Assembly (NCBI GenBank): GCA_965248925.1
Contig: CBDFLE010000005.1
Span: 928,001 to 992,000, forward strand
Direction of reading: 5' to 3'
DNA length: 64,000 bases
Source: Candidatus Multivoradales bacterium
GTDB lineage: Bacteria; Acidobacteriota; Thermoanaerobaculia; Multivoradales; J023
Under the pieces are notes generated by a model. That model saw only the letters and a program-made list of their open reading frames with translations. It searched no databases and was not told the DNA's origin. This document shows, piece after piece, positions 8,055 to 18,137 of this stretch (within the stretch, counting starts at the first letter, position 1; each line of letters begins with the position of its first letter). The translations under genes were made by a program, and so were the position numbers.

Positions 8055-8353
8055 TCCAATATAGACGGAAACCCGGCTCTCACCGGGCTCGATTAATACA
8101 GCTCGCTGATTTCAGTTGGCTTGCGGCGAAACGCCTTCTGGCACCTCCGCAGCAGGCCGATGGACTCATCCGAGACGCACGTACCCGGCAGTCCTACGCC
8201 GCTACTTGAGCCCAGATGCACGAAAGCCCGGCATCAGCCGGACTTTCTGCGAAACGGTTGGCACCTGGCCGCTCAGTGAGTCGAAGCTTCGTAAACCCAA
8301 GCCTTCTTGCTTCGGCTTTGAGAGCCATCATCGGCCTCAGCCCAGGTAGAACC

Positions 8354-8791
8354 TCAAGGCAACTCAGCAGCCTGAGCAGACTCTGATGAAGATCGAACAA
8401 AGAGCTGGATATACGACCCTACGCTTCCTGAATCCTCATCGAGGGTATTCGGATCGAACTCGACCCCTGATCTGACGAGCATCTCTTCGAGGTCTTCGAG
8501 CAGATGCGAATGAGCCATGTACAGATCTACAGAAAGATCTAGGTGCCCCTTGAGTTCCTCAAACCTCATATTTGGGGAAAGCTTGTTCTCTGGAATACCT
8601 AGCTCGTGGGCTACAAACCTTCTTCCGTCTAGGATCTTGCTAGAGCTACTTGCCACGAGCCTAGGTGGAAAGTGAGAGAGAAAGTCATTCTTGTCAATCG
8701 CTGGCAGTCGTTTGATACGAGAGCGCTTCAATCCCCTGCTGGCAATCCAGTAGAGCGCCATTGCCAAAAGAATCCACCACCACAAATCCAT
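8354..8791 (-). CDS. Putative immunity protein type A
   Basis: Same protein as 500-937. Confidence 0.7.
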   Translation of the reverse strand: MDLWWWILLAMALYWIASRGLKRSRIKRLPAIDKNDFLSHFPPRLVASSSSKILDGRRFVAHELGIPENKLSPNMRFEELKGHLDLSVDLYMAHSHLLEDLEEMLVRSGVEFDPNTLDEDSGSVGSYIQLFVRSSSESAQAAELP

Positions 8792-8813
8792 TTTTATAGC
8801 CTCCCGGTTTCAG

Positions 8814-9869
8814 CTAGAAAGCGCAGTTTGCCAGAGTTCCGATGTTGTAGTAGCCAACGAACACGGTAGCTGGCGTGGCAACAAACGACACGGCCCGGCC
8901 CCCGGCGCGGACAGCGCCCGAGGCCGATCTTGCTACCGCGGAGTTTGGGAAAGCCCTCTTAAGGGGAGATCCGACAAGTGCTCTTCCTGGGTTAGTCAAG
9001 GGGTCTGTTGCTTTCGGGACCCTGAAAGGCGGCAGTAAACGCTTCGGAAAAGCTGAACCGAAAACTACCGCACCGGCATTGATCCTATTCTTCCGCACGC
9101 ACCGTGAATAGTCTACGCCGTCAATAGGCAAGCTAGCCAGAGCGCGATCATGTAACGCAAGCGGTGCCGGGTCAGGGCGACTGGATACTTCAATGAAAGC
9201 CAAGAGGGTAGGGAAAACATCTACCGAGGATTCTCCATCGCCACCCTCGGCGCTGTCGACTACGTCAATCCGCTCGCCACAGATCACAGTCTGCGAACCG
9301 TCTTCGCTGGTTTGAGTAACGCACTCCGGGTCAAGACCATCCGGGTCGACCAGGTTTAGAGGGTTGTTCACTACATAAGAGTAGCGATTCCAAGATTGTG
9401 GGATTGGCGCAGTTCCGTTTACTGGATCAATACTCAAGAACCTCCCCACCACCGGACTGCAATGCCGAGCGTGCATGTAGTCCAGCTCGCTACGGCTGCC
9501 TGTGCCGGTCTTATCCCTCTCATGGCCGGTAAACTTCAGCCCAATCTCATCAGCACCAGCGTTAGTCGCCTCTTGACCGAACGGGTAATAGTTGTGCAAC
9601 GCCACCTGCTGACCACCTCGGGTGAAGGGGACAGCCCGACGCGGTTTCCAGCTTGAGAGCTGGTAACCCTCTATGCCTGTTCTACTTAAGCCTCGCTCGG
9701 CCCTACTGCCGGCGGGGTCTTGGTGCTCGAAGGTCCAGAGGCGAGTTTCGGCGTAGCTCGACTCGGAGATCGGCGCGATCGCTGTTGCCGGCATCGTCAC
9801 CGCCAGGAGCGCGACGACCAGCCCGAGCGCCATCGTCCAAGTGCTTCTTCCTTTAGCTGCCTGCCTCAT
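8814..9869 (-). CDS. Orphan Rhs module, tip A
   Basis: Same protein as 960-2015. Confidence 0.85.
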   Translation of the reverse strand: MRQAAKGRSTWTMALGLVVALLAVTMPATAIAPISESSYAETRLWTFEHQDPAGSRAERGLSRTGIEGYQLSSWKPRRAVPFTRGGQQVALHNYYPFGQEATNAGADEIGLKFTGHERDKTGTGSRSELDYMHARHCSPVVGRFLSIDPVNGTAPIPQSWNRYSYVVNNPLNLVDPDGLDPECVTQTSEDGSQTVICGERIDVVDSAEGGDGESSVDVFPTLLAFIEVSSRPDPAPLALHDRALASLPIDGVDYSRCVRKNRINAGAVVFGSAFPKRLLPPFRVPKATDPLTNPGRALVGSPLKRAFPNSAVARSASGAVRAGGRAVSFVATPATVFVGYYNIGTLANCAF

Positions 9870-10397
9870 GCCGGGCCATTCTACGCCGCGGGTGGCGCTC
9901 GAAGACAGCGGCTAAAGGAGGAAGGGTGGTTGGTGCGGAGGCGGGATGCGGTTTTCTTAGGCCGCTTTCTTCGGGCAGTGGGTGTTTTCTTAGGTCGTTT
10001 TCGTCGGGCTGGTCGTCGGAGCGAGCGCGGGTCTTTCCGGCAGTTTGGTGCCGGCGGCGCAGCCGCCAAACCAATCTGCACGTTGGGGGCGTGGTGGCGG
10101 CGGGGCCGGAGCCGAGCACGGCGACCGCAGGGCGCCGCGCGCAGGGTACGGAGGCCACGACGCAGGGCGGGTCTTGGGAGGAGGATGGGGAGCCCCCTTG
10201 AGGGGGCGGACGGGGCCCGGCCGAGCCGTCGCAGTGCTGGCTGGTGGATCTCGGCAAGGAGGCCCGGAGCGGGGCGTGGTTCCGAAGCCGCTGACCATCG
10301 CAGGCTCGCGGAGTGCTCACCCCAAGTTCCCTCTGTGCCAATGTAGGTGAGACACTCCCGTACCGATAAATTAGTGAGGGCGTGGAGAGCAAACACC

Positions 10398-10811
10398 ATG
10401 GCGAGTCCAAGCCACGAGCTGCGAGATATGAGTGCTGACCGACCAGATCCCGAGGTAACTGAGAAGGCGAAGCGGCGGCGGTACAGCGCGTCGTACAAGC
10501 TGAGCATCGTCCAGGCCGCCGACGCCTGTAGCAAAGCCGGCGAGATTGGCGCCCTGCTTCGCCAGGAGGGTCTGTATTCCTCGCTACTGTCGACGTGGCG
10601 CCGTCAGCGCGACACGGGAGCTCTGGCCGGTCTGTCGAAGAAGCGCGGTCGCAAGCGTCGACCGGTCTCTGCCGAGGCCCGCCGCGTCGCGGAGCTTGAG
10701 CGTGAGAATGCCCGGCTCAAGCATCAGCTGTACAAAGCCGAGACGATCATCGATGTCCAAAAAAAACTTTCCCGGCTGCTAGGGATCGAGCCGAGCGAGA
10801 GCCAGCCATGA
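10398..10811 (+). CDS. IS3-family transposase OrfA
   Basis: RRRYSASYKLSIV HTH start, coiled-coil end, A8 run at 10759-10766. Confidence 0.85.
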   Translation: MASPSHELRDMSADRPDPEVTEKAKRRRYSASYKLSIVQAADACSKAGEIGALLRQEGLYSSLLSTWRRQRDTGALAGLSKKRGRKRRPVSAEARRVAELERENARLKHQLYKAETIIDVQKKLSRLLGIEPSESQP

Positions 10812-11929
10812 GCGCTGTGGCGCCGCTGGCCGAGACGGTGGGGGTGCAAGCAGCCTGCGTCGCCTTGGCGGTCCCCAGAGCCACTTTCTATCGCCGCCGT
10901 CGGCAGCAGAGCGCAGGGCCGCAGCTATCAACGCGGCCTCGACCGCCGCTGGCATTGACGCCCGCTGAACGCCAGGAGGTCCTCGATGTGTTGCACTCGG
11001 AGCGCTTCGTCGACCGCTCGCCGCGTCAAGTCTGGGCGGCGCTGCTGGACGAGGATCAGCGCCATATCTGCTCGGTGCGCACCATGTACCGGGTCCTGGA
11101 GTCTGAGGGCGAGCTGCGCGAGCGACGCCGTCAGCGGCGTCATCCCAACTACACCAAGCCCGAACTGCTGGCCACAGGGCCGAACGAGGTGTGGTCGTGG
11201 GACATCACCAAGCTCAAGGGCCCGGTGAAGTGGACCCACTACTACCTTTACGTAATTCTGGACGTCTTCAGCCGCTACATCGTCGGCTGGATGCTCGCCT
11301 GCCGCGAGTCCGGAGGGCTCGCGAAGCGGTTGATCGCCGACAGTGTTGAGAAGCAAGGTGTTGAGCGAGATCGACTTACCTTGCACTCGGACCGCGGTTC
11401 GAGCATGACATCCAAGCCAGTGGCTCTACTGCTGGCCGATCTCGGGATGACACGGTCGCTGAACCGGCCCTACACGAGCAACGACAATCCGTTCTCTGAG
11501 GCCCAGTTCAAGACGCTCAAGTACCATCCGAGCTTTCCCGACCGCTTCGGATCACTGGAAGATGCACGAGCATTCTGCCGCTCGTTCATCGGCTGGTACA
11601 ACACGCAGCACTACCACACAGGACTCGGCTTGTTGACGCCAGAGACCGTCCACTACGGCCTCACGGCCTCAGTACTGGAGCAACGTCGAGAAGTCCTCGC
11701 CGCCGCCTCAGCCGCTCATCCAAGCCGCTTCAAGCGGCGAGCGCCGGCTTTGCCGGAGCCCAGTGACAAGGTCTGGATCAACCCGCCGACCACCGCCGCC
11801 AGCACTGACCCAGTCGATACCGAGAACGTAGTGACACACCGCGTACACAACGACGCACCAGGCGAGACCCCTGGCTGCGCGCCCTCGCTGAAAGCGATGG
11901 TGCCGGAGCCACTACCGATTCCGTACTAA
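10808..11929 (+). CDS. IS3-family transposase OrfB (DDE integrase core)
   Basis: WSWDIT..LDVFSRYIVGW..HSDRGS..DNPFSEAQFKTLK. Confidence 0.92.
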   Translation: MSAVAPLAETVGVQAACVALAVPRATFYRRRRQQSAGPQLSTRPRPPLALTPAERQEVLDVLHSERFVDRSPRQVWAALLDEDQRHICSVRTMYRVLESEGELRERRRQRRHPNYTKPELLATGPNEVWSWDITKLKGPVKWTHYYLYVILDVFSRYIVGWMLACRESGGLAKRLIADSVEKQGVERDRLTLHSDRGSSMTSKPVALLLADLGMTRSLNRPYTSNDNPFSEAQFKTLKYHPSFPDRFGSLEDARAFCRSFIGWYNTQHYHTGLGLLTPETVHYGLTASVLEQRREVLAAASAAHPSRFKRRAPALPEPSDKVWINPPTTAASTDPVDTENVVTHRVHNDAPGETPGCAPSLKAMVPEPLPIPY

Positions 11930-12411
11930 TTCCCAGAAGAAAGTGTCTCACTTTCATTGACACATTCCGGTTTCCATAATGCACGCGTTATGGAAAGGCC
12001 GTAGGCCCGGAGCCGGGGCGTGTGAGGGCCAGGTCGGATAGGGCGCGCACTATCGGACAGCGACCCATGCAAGCCGCGTGACATCTGGGAGGTCCGAGGA
12101 GGGGCCCAGGTGGCGCGCGGCTTGCGGAGCGGCTGGCCCGTGCCCGGAGGGAGCGCAGCGACCGGAGGGACACACGCCCCGGCGGAGCTTGGGGCGAGCT
12201 TTCGGAGACTCTTTTCTTGGACTACCTGAAGCCTCGCTCCGGGCCGGTGATCGGAGGGCTCAGGTGGTGGATCGCAGATGCTCGGGCCGGGGCGGGCAGG
12301 GGTGACAAAACAAACACCGCCGAGGGCTGCGTGGCCCGCGAACGGAGGACGGCGCAGCCGGCCGCAGCGCGGGACGCGCAGACCCGGACCGCTTCGGGTG
12401 GCGGGCGGGGG

Positions 12412-13485
12412 TCAGTCCTCCGCCTCGGTCTCGACTACATCGAGTAAGTCCTCGGCGGTCACTTCATCGCTGCCGTCTTCTTCTGTCGGCGGTGCCACCC
12501 GCCGCCCTAGCTTCGCGCCCGGATGGGTTGCCGAGTGGATCGACTTCAGTTTGCGGATCGATACCTGAGTGTAAATCTGCGTCGTCTCCAGCTTGGCATG
12601 GCCGAGCATCTGCTGAATGAAGCGGATATCCGCACCACCTTCGAGCATCAGCGTCGCCATCGTGTGGCGGAAGAGATGGCAAGCGCCCGACTTGCCGAGA
12701 TCGGCGGCGAGCACGTAGCCGCGCACCAGCTGACTCATTCGCGACGGAGCAAACGGCGTCCCCTGGTTGGTGAGAAAGAGCGTCCCGCCGTCCGGCTCGA
12801 CCATCAGCGACGGCCGTACCTCAGTGACGTAGCGATCGATCCAGGCCAGCGCCCGCTCGCCGATCGGGATCATCCAGTCTTTCCGCCCCTTGCCCTGGCG
12901 CACCATCACCGTTCCGCGTTCGATGTCGAGATCGTAACGGCCGAGGCCGATCAGCTCAGCCCGGCGCATGCCGGTCGAGTAGAAGACTTCAAGGATCGTC
13001 CGGTCGCGCATCCCGAGCGGGTCGACGGTGTCGGGCTGGTTGAGCACCTGGTCGGCTTCAGAGGCGGTCAGCACCGCCGCCGGCAGCCGGTGCTCCAGCT
13101 TCGGTAGCTCCAGCTCCGAGGCCGGGTTGTAGAGCAGGTGGTTGGCCCGAGTCGCCCACTTGAAGAAAGCCCGCACCGGCACCAGCCGCGAGTGCTGCGC
13201 CCGGAAAGACAGCGGCCGCCCGTCCCCAGGCTTGCGGTAGTGGTAGAGCCACCTGGCGTAGCGCTCCAGGATCGGCTTGGTCACTTCCGACGGCCGCGAC
13301 ACCCCACGCTCTTCACACCATGCGATGAGAAACGAGAGGTATAGATGCCGGTTCTCAACGGTTCGTGGAGAGTAGTTCTTGATCGCCATCCACTCCAGGT
13401 ACTGGCCGGCCATCACCGCGAAACCCCGAGGGTCGGTTGGATTGCCCGGCAAGAGGCGGATCTTGCGCTCGCCACGGCGCGGCAT
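12412..13485 (-). CDS. XerC/D-like tyrosine recombinase
   Basis: Near-identical to 2907-3980. Confidence 0.95.
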   Translation of the reverse strand: MPRRGERKIRLLPGNPTDPRGFAVMAGQYLEWMAIKNYSPRTVENRHLYLSFLIAWCEERGVSRPSEVTKPILERYARWLYHYRKPGDGRPLSFRAQHSRLVPVRAFFKWATRANHLLYNPASELELPKLEHRLPAAVLTASEADQVLNQPDTVDPLGMRDRTILEVFYSTGMRRAELIGLGRYDLDIERGTVMVRQGKGRKDWMIPIGERALAWIDRYVTEVRPSLMVEPDGGTLFLTNQGTPFAPSRMSQLVRGYVLAADLGKSGACHLFRHTMATLMLEGGADIRFIQQMLGHAKLETTQIYTQVSIRKLKSIHSATHPGAKLGRRVAPPTEEDGSDEVTAEDLLDVVETEAED

Positions 13486-16400
13486 CAGGCCCCCTCGACC
13501 GCCGCCGAGCCGCCGGTACGACGCCCAGGTTTACGACATGACGGGCCGTTTTCTCGCTCCCCCTTATATGCGTTTTTTGCCGAAACTCCACGATTTCCGG
13601 CCGAAGTTGTTGATTCTGCTTGGGAAACTGCACCCCGACCACCCCCCGACACCCCCCCGACTTGGGGCCGACTTGGCCCCGACTTCTCAGCTTCAGACCC
13701 CGACTTCTTTTCGTCGTACCTGAGTGTTTCGACCTCGATCAGCCCCGGCAGTCGCGGCCGCTCCGGCTCGTCGCTGGCCACGTAAACCAGCTCGTAGACA
13801 AAGCTCTGCCCCCGCCCGCCCTGATGCACCAGCAGATACTCAAACTCCTCAAGACGGCGTAGGTGCAGCTTCAGCTGCGTATTGCCCCAGCCGGTGTGCT
13901 CGCGCACCGCCCGCCGGCTGAAACGGTAGTCCGGCCGATCCATCGCCAGCGCCTCACAGGCTTCGCTGACCATCTCGTCGATCAGCCCCAGCAGGCGCCG
14001 CGTCTGCGGCGGCAGCTCATCGAGCGAGCGCCCCAAGACTTCGTGCGCCAGGCGGTTGGCTGTCTCGATGTCTGTGGCCACCACTTCGACGTACTCCACC
14101 TCTCGCCCGTCGACCACCGCCAGCTTCACCTCTCGCTGGTATTGATGCAAAAGAGCAATCACGTCGATCAGCGTCAGGTACTTCTCGTGGTCCCGGCGGG
14201 TGCGGATTTGCGTATCGAGAAAGGTAAGTTCCGGAGCAAAGGGATTGACCACCGCCAGCGGCCGCAGCAGCCGCTGCGCGTTCTGGTGCAGCGCCATCAC
14301 CCCGTCGCGCCGGGTGCGCGAGAGTAGCCCCTCCAGCGTCCGCCGCTGCCGCTGCAGCCGGTGAATCGCCCGCGTCTGCTCTCGCGCCTCGTCCACCGAG
14401 AGCACCAAGCAGCGATTCAAAAGCTCTTCATCGATGTCGATTGCCGTGGTCGTCAAGAAGATCATCACCGGCCCTTCGACGTGGTACTCGTGCGTCACCA
14501 GCTTGCCCGTTGAAGCATCCTTGCCGGTCGAGGCAATCGTCAGCTCGCCCTCCGACTGAAGCAGCTTCAAGGCGTAGCTAGCCCGCTCGGCCCCCTCCTC
14601 CTCGACGATCGCCAGGATCTTGTGCTGCAGATCCGTTTCGCCCATGTAGAACAGCGATTGCCCGGTCATCGCCGAGTACTTCACTTGCTGCTCACCTGGC
14701 ATCAGCGACAGCACCGCCTCCATCAGCGCCGACTTACCGGCCGCTGAGCTGGACTGCACCACCACCGCCAGCGGCCGTTCCAGGAAACGCGAGGTCGACG
14801 CCAGGTAGCCCATCAGCTTGTTGACCTCCTCGCCCACCACCCCGCAGCGCTCGAAGTCCGCGAGGATGCGCACCAAGAGATCTGGTGAGCGCAGCAGCTC
14901 AAGCGCCGCTTCCTTCTCTCCCTCTGACAGCTCCACCGCCGTCGACTGCGGCTCGAGTGCTGAGCGGATCTGCTCGTCCTGCAGCTCCTCGAGCTTCAGC
15001 AGCACCTTGCCCAGATCCTTCTTGACCACCTGCTCCTCGACCCCCAGCTCAGCGGCTGCCGCCCGCTGAAACACCGCCCGCGGCCGCGCCGCGTAGAGAT
15101 CGAAAGTGTCGACGTGGAAGGCGTCGCCCCGCGACGCCAGGACGTTGACCTTGAGCACGTCGTAGGCCAGATTCTTCGGCAGACCGCGAATGCGGTAGCG
15201 GCGATCGCCGAGCGACAAGACCACCTCCTGGTCGCGCACCTCAGCCGGCATATCTGGCGGAGGCGGTGCGGGCAGTGGGGAGGCTTCGGCCGGGGCGGGC
15301 AGTGCCAATACCGCCTCTCCGGCGGTATTCGATGATGTCAGCTGCTCTGTTGGTGGAGCCATTACCGCCTCTGCGGCTGTGTTTGGCCGTACCGTTGGCG
15401 CGATTAGGCCAGCTGTTGGCCCAAACCCCGGTTTCACGCCCGGCGGCTTGCCTTTGCCGAGCCACTGTGCTTTGCGGATCACCACCCCCAGCGACTTCGC
15501 CGCCGGGGTCACCTTCAGCGCGTACTCGTTGGCATCCATGCCACGCGGAAATTGGATTCGGTAGCAGTCGATCCCGGCACCCACCAGCTTCTCGGCCAGC
15601 TTCCCGGCGGCCTTCTCGCCGGCATCGTCACGGTCGTAGGCGATCAGCACCCGCTCGACTCCGTGGCCACCGAAGGCTGCCAGCATCTCCGCGGTGAAAC
15701 CCTGGATGCCGTAGGCGCTGGTGACGTTACGGTAACCCGCACACCAGAAAGTCAGAGCGTCGATCAGCGACTCGCAGAGGATGATCTCGGTCGAGGCCAC
15801 CAGAGCTTCCGCATTAAAGATCCCTCGATGTGGACCCGGCAGATAGAGATGCAAGGGCGTCCCCTTGCGAAGATTCAGTGTGATCTTGCGCCCGTAGATC
15901 TCCACCACCCGGCCACCCTTGAAGACCGGAAAGACGATCGAGCCGTTGAAGTGCTCATGACCCGACTTGCGCAGCACGCCGAGCTTCTGCAATCGACCCC
16001 GCATCTCCTTACCCGCCTTCAGCTGCTTCGATGGCAGTCGATAGCCCAGCGTCCGGTTGGCGAAGCCAAGCCTGAAATGCTCGATCATCTCCGGGTGCTT
16101 CAGCCCTCTGCTCTCCAGATAAGCCAGCGCCTCCGGGCTCTCCTTCAAAGCCTCGTGGTAGTAGCCGACGACCTGGCCGAGCAGCTCCGCGTCCTCGACG
16201 TCCGCCACCACCGGCGAAGGCAGAGCCGGCGCCGAAGGCCGCGCCTCAGTGACCGCCGCCGCCGGCAGATCCGAGCGCAGCAGCTCGACCGCGTGGCGAA
16301 ACGAAACCCCGCGATCTCGCATCACCCAATCGATCACCGAGCCACCCGCCTGGCAGGCGCCCAGGCAGTGCCACAGGTTCTTCTTCGGTGAAATGACGAG

Positions 16401-16547
16401 AGAGGGCTCCTTGTCGTCGTGAAACGGACAGAGGCCGAGTAGATCTGCCCCGTGCCGCTTCAGCTTCACCCCCCGAGCCTGGGCCAGGCGCTCTACCGAC
16501 ACCTCTCGCTTTAGCCGCTCCACCTCCGCTTCCGGAATCCTGCTCAC
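13485..16547 (-). CDS. CHC2/TOPRIM primase-P-loop NTPase
   Basis: Same motifs as 3980-7003; longer Pro/Ala linker. Confidence 0.9.
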   Translation of the reverse strand: MSRIPEAEVERLKREVSVERLAQARGVKLKRHGADLLGLCPFHDDKEPSLVISPKKNLWHCLGACQAGGSVIDWVMRDRGVSFRHAVELLRSDLPAAAVTEARPSAPALPSPVVADVEDAELLGQVVGYYHEALKESPEALAYLESRGLKHPEMIEHFRLGFANRTLGYRLPSKQLKAGKEMRGRLQKLGVLRKSGHEHFNGSIVFPVFKGGRVVEIYGRKITLNLRKGTPLHLYLPGPHRGIFNAEALVASTEIILCESLIDALTFWCAGYRNVTSAYGIQGFTAEMLAAFGGHGVERVLIAYDRDDAGEKAAGKLAEKLVGAGIDCYRIQFPRGMDANEYALKVTPAAKSLGVVIRKAQWLGKGKPPGVKPGFGPTAGLIAPTVRPNTAAEAVMAPPTEQLTSSNTAGEAVLALPAPAEASPLPAPPPPDMPAEVRDQEVVLSLGDRRYRIRGLPKNLAYDVLKVNVLASRGDAFHVDTFDLYAARPRAVFQRAAAAELGVEEQVVKKDLGKVLLKLEELQDEQIRSALEPQSTAVELSEGEKEAALELLRSPDLLVRILADFERCGVVGEEVNKLMGYLASTSRFLERPLAVVVQSSSAAGKSALMEAVLSLMPGEQQVKYSAMTGQSLFYMGETDLQHKILAIVEEEGAERASYALKLLQSEGELTIASTGKDASTGKLVTHEYHVEGPVMIFLTTTAIDIDEELLNRCLVLSVDEAREQTRAIHRLQRQRRTLEGLLSRTRRDGVMALHQNAQRLLRPLAVVNPFAPELTFLDTQIRTRRDHEKYLTLIDVIALLHQYQREVKLAVVDGREVEYVEVVATDIETANRLAHEVLGRSLDELPPQTRRLLGLIDEMVSEACEALAMDRPDYRFSRRAVREHTGWGNTQLKLHLRRLEEFEYLLVHQGGRGQSFVYELVYVASDEPERPRLPGLIEVETLRYDEKKSGSEAEKSGPSRPQVGGVSGGGRGAVSQAESTTSAGNRGVSAKNAYKGERENGPSCRKPGRRTGGSAAVEGA

Positions 16548-16549
16548 CC

Positions 16550-16771
16550 CTACCGCCCTCCCCAAGCCGGCGTCTCATCGTCGAGCTCTCGCCGCACCAC
16601 CTGCAGCCGCCCATCTTGCCCCGACACCCGCACCCCATCCCCAGGAGCAAATCCCGCCTCTGCCAGCCACGAGCCCACCAGCAGCAGGAGCGGCGATGGC
16701 CGCTCCAGAGCCGGCGGCGCCGGCCAACCGGGGCGATAGAAGCCCGACACCCGAAGTTTCTGTTCAGACAT
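16550..16771 (-). CDS. SymE-like protein (type B allele)
   Basis: PLLLLVGSWLAEAGFAPGDGVRV. Confidence 0.7.
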   Translation of the reverse strand: MSEQKLRVSGFYRPGWPAPPALERPSPLLLLVGSWLAEAGFAPGDGVRVSGQDGRLQVVRRELDDETPAWGGR

Positions 16772-16976
16772 CCGCTGGCTCCACCACCAGGCGATCCGAC
16801 TCGACCACCACCCGCACCTTCGAGCCAATCTCAAATCCCGCCGATTCCAGCCACCGGCCTGAGAGCCGCAGGAAGGGCACCGGATGCTGTCGCCGAGACT
16901 GGCGTAGTGAGCGATAGCCCGAAGGGAATGATGAGGCTGGGTAGAGGCTAGAGACGGTCAAAGTGCGGTCGATCAT
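16764..16976 (-). CDS. SymE-like protein (type B allele)
   Basis: PFLRLSGRWLESAGFEIGSKVRVVV; GGAGGAGG RBS. Confidence 0.8.
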   Translation of the reverse strand: MIDRTLTVSSLYPASSFPSGYRSLRQSRRQHPVPFLRLSGRWLESAGFEIGSKVRVVVESDRLVVEPADV

Positions 16977-17091
16977 GGGTTCCTCCTCCGGGCGGTGCAG
17001 GCCGCCGTAAACTGTCAATGGACTCTTTCGTCATGATTATTATAGACTAATAAGTACTGACAATACAAGACACAAGAGAGGAGAACCTACA

Positions 17092-17481
17092 ATGACCTTG
17101 CAGGCCAATACCATCGCCGAGGTCGCTATGGATCAGTTCGCTGGAAGACTACGAGAGCATAGGGAGAGCCGGAAGTTGACCCAGGCTCGGCTAGCTGAGC
17201 TTCTGGAGGTCAGCCCTAGAGTCTACAACCGCTGGGAAACCGCTGCCGCGGCGCCCCGCCTAGACACTGTCGTCAGGATTGCTGACATCTTAGAGGTCAG
17301 TATCGATGAACTAGTCGGACGCAAGGAACCTCAGGAGCCGCAGTTCCGGCTCCACAACCCCAAGCTTCATCAGCTGTACCAGGAAATCGACCGCCTCTCT
17401 GACGAGGACCAGCAGGCCCTCGTCATCCTCCTCGACTCCCTCGTCAAGCGGTCGCAGATGGGGCAGGTTCTGGCGGGCTGA
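17092..17481 (+). CDS. Xre-family HTH repressor type B
   Basis: FAGRLREHRESRKLTQARLAELL..YNRWE..PRLDTVVRIADILEVSIDELVG. Confidence 0.9.
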   Translation: MTLQANTIAEVAMDQFAGRLREHRESRKLTQARLAELLEVSPRVYNRWETAAAAPRLDTVVRIADILEVSIDELVGRKEPQEPQFRLHNPKLHQLYQEIDRLSDEDQQALVILLDSLVKRSQMGQVLAG

Positions 17482-17608
17482 AAGCCCTTCTCGTTTCACG
17501 GGCCTACGCAACACGACTGGCGCTGACGAAAAGGCTCAGATACACAGTAGCCCGGCCAAAGCCGGGCCCCTATGAAACGGCCTGGGCCTTTTCCGGTCGC
17601 CTCGACCG

Positions 17609-18136
17609 CTATGGAGCCATCCGCCTAAGAGTCGGCTCCAACCAAGTGGCGTTCGCGTTGTCGGACCAGGCGTCACGCAGCATGCGAATATCATCTGCCC
17701 ATCCCTGGTAGTGATCGTCGAGCGCAGTCATGAAAGCCTTGGTACCGCCAATCACCGCATGCATTTCGTGTGAGATCAAGACCCCCCAGCGCCCGTCTTT
17801 GGAGTACAAGGCATTTTCCAACGTTAGGTGCCGGTCACAATACTCTTGATATGAGGGAATGCTGCATGACCAATGCCCCCACTCTCTGTCGAGAAAAGCA
17901 AGTTCTTCGGACTCGACGACCGACAGGAAGAAGGTTCTCTCGCCAACTCTTTGAATGGCGCCTAAGACGGCCGAATACTGTTCTATGGTCAGATGGCATC
18001 CGTCCGTCGGATAGAAGACACGGCCAACTTCGAACTCCTGGCCGAAAGGCCATGTGAACGCATCATTGGTCTTGAAAACACGTCGCCAAGCTGACCGTAT
18101 CGCCGGTAGATCGGTTGTTTCAATCACGCCAGTCAT
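17609..18136 (-). CDS. Putative immunity protein type B
   Basis: ATG 1 nt after the tip B stop codon. Confidence 0.7.
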   Translation of the reverse strand: MTGVIETTDLPAIRSAWRRVFKTNDAFTWPFGQEFEVGRVFYPTDGCHLTIEQYSAVLGAIQRVGERTFFLSVVESEELAFLDREWGHWSCSIPSYQEYCDRHLTLENALYSKDGRWGVLISHEMHAVIGGTKAFMTALDDHYQGWADDIRMLRDAWSDNANATWLEPTLRRMAP

Positions 18137-18137
18137 C

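Larger units (their letters stand above)
1765..9618 (-). mobile_element. Rhs-tip element, unit A (7854 bp)
   Basis: Junction-to-junction repeat containing recombinase, primase, SymE pair, repressor, immunity gene and toxin tip. Confidence 0.8.
10329..11969 (+). mobile_element. IS3-family insertion sequence, 1641 bp, 3-bp target duplication GTT
   Basis: Absent from units A, C, D at this site; imperfect terminal IRs TGTGCCAATGTAGGTGAGACACT / AGTGTCTCACTTTCATTGACACA. Confidence 0.9.

Noticed and set aside
1765-9618. Prophage or conjugative ICE
   Set aside because: No capsid, terminase, relaxase or T4SS genes recognised in any unit
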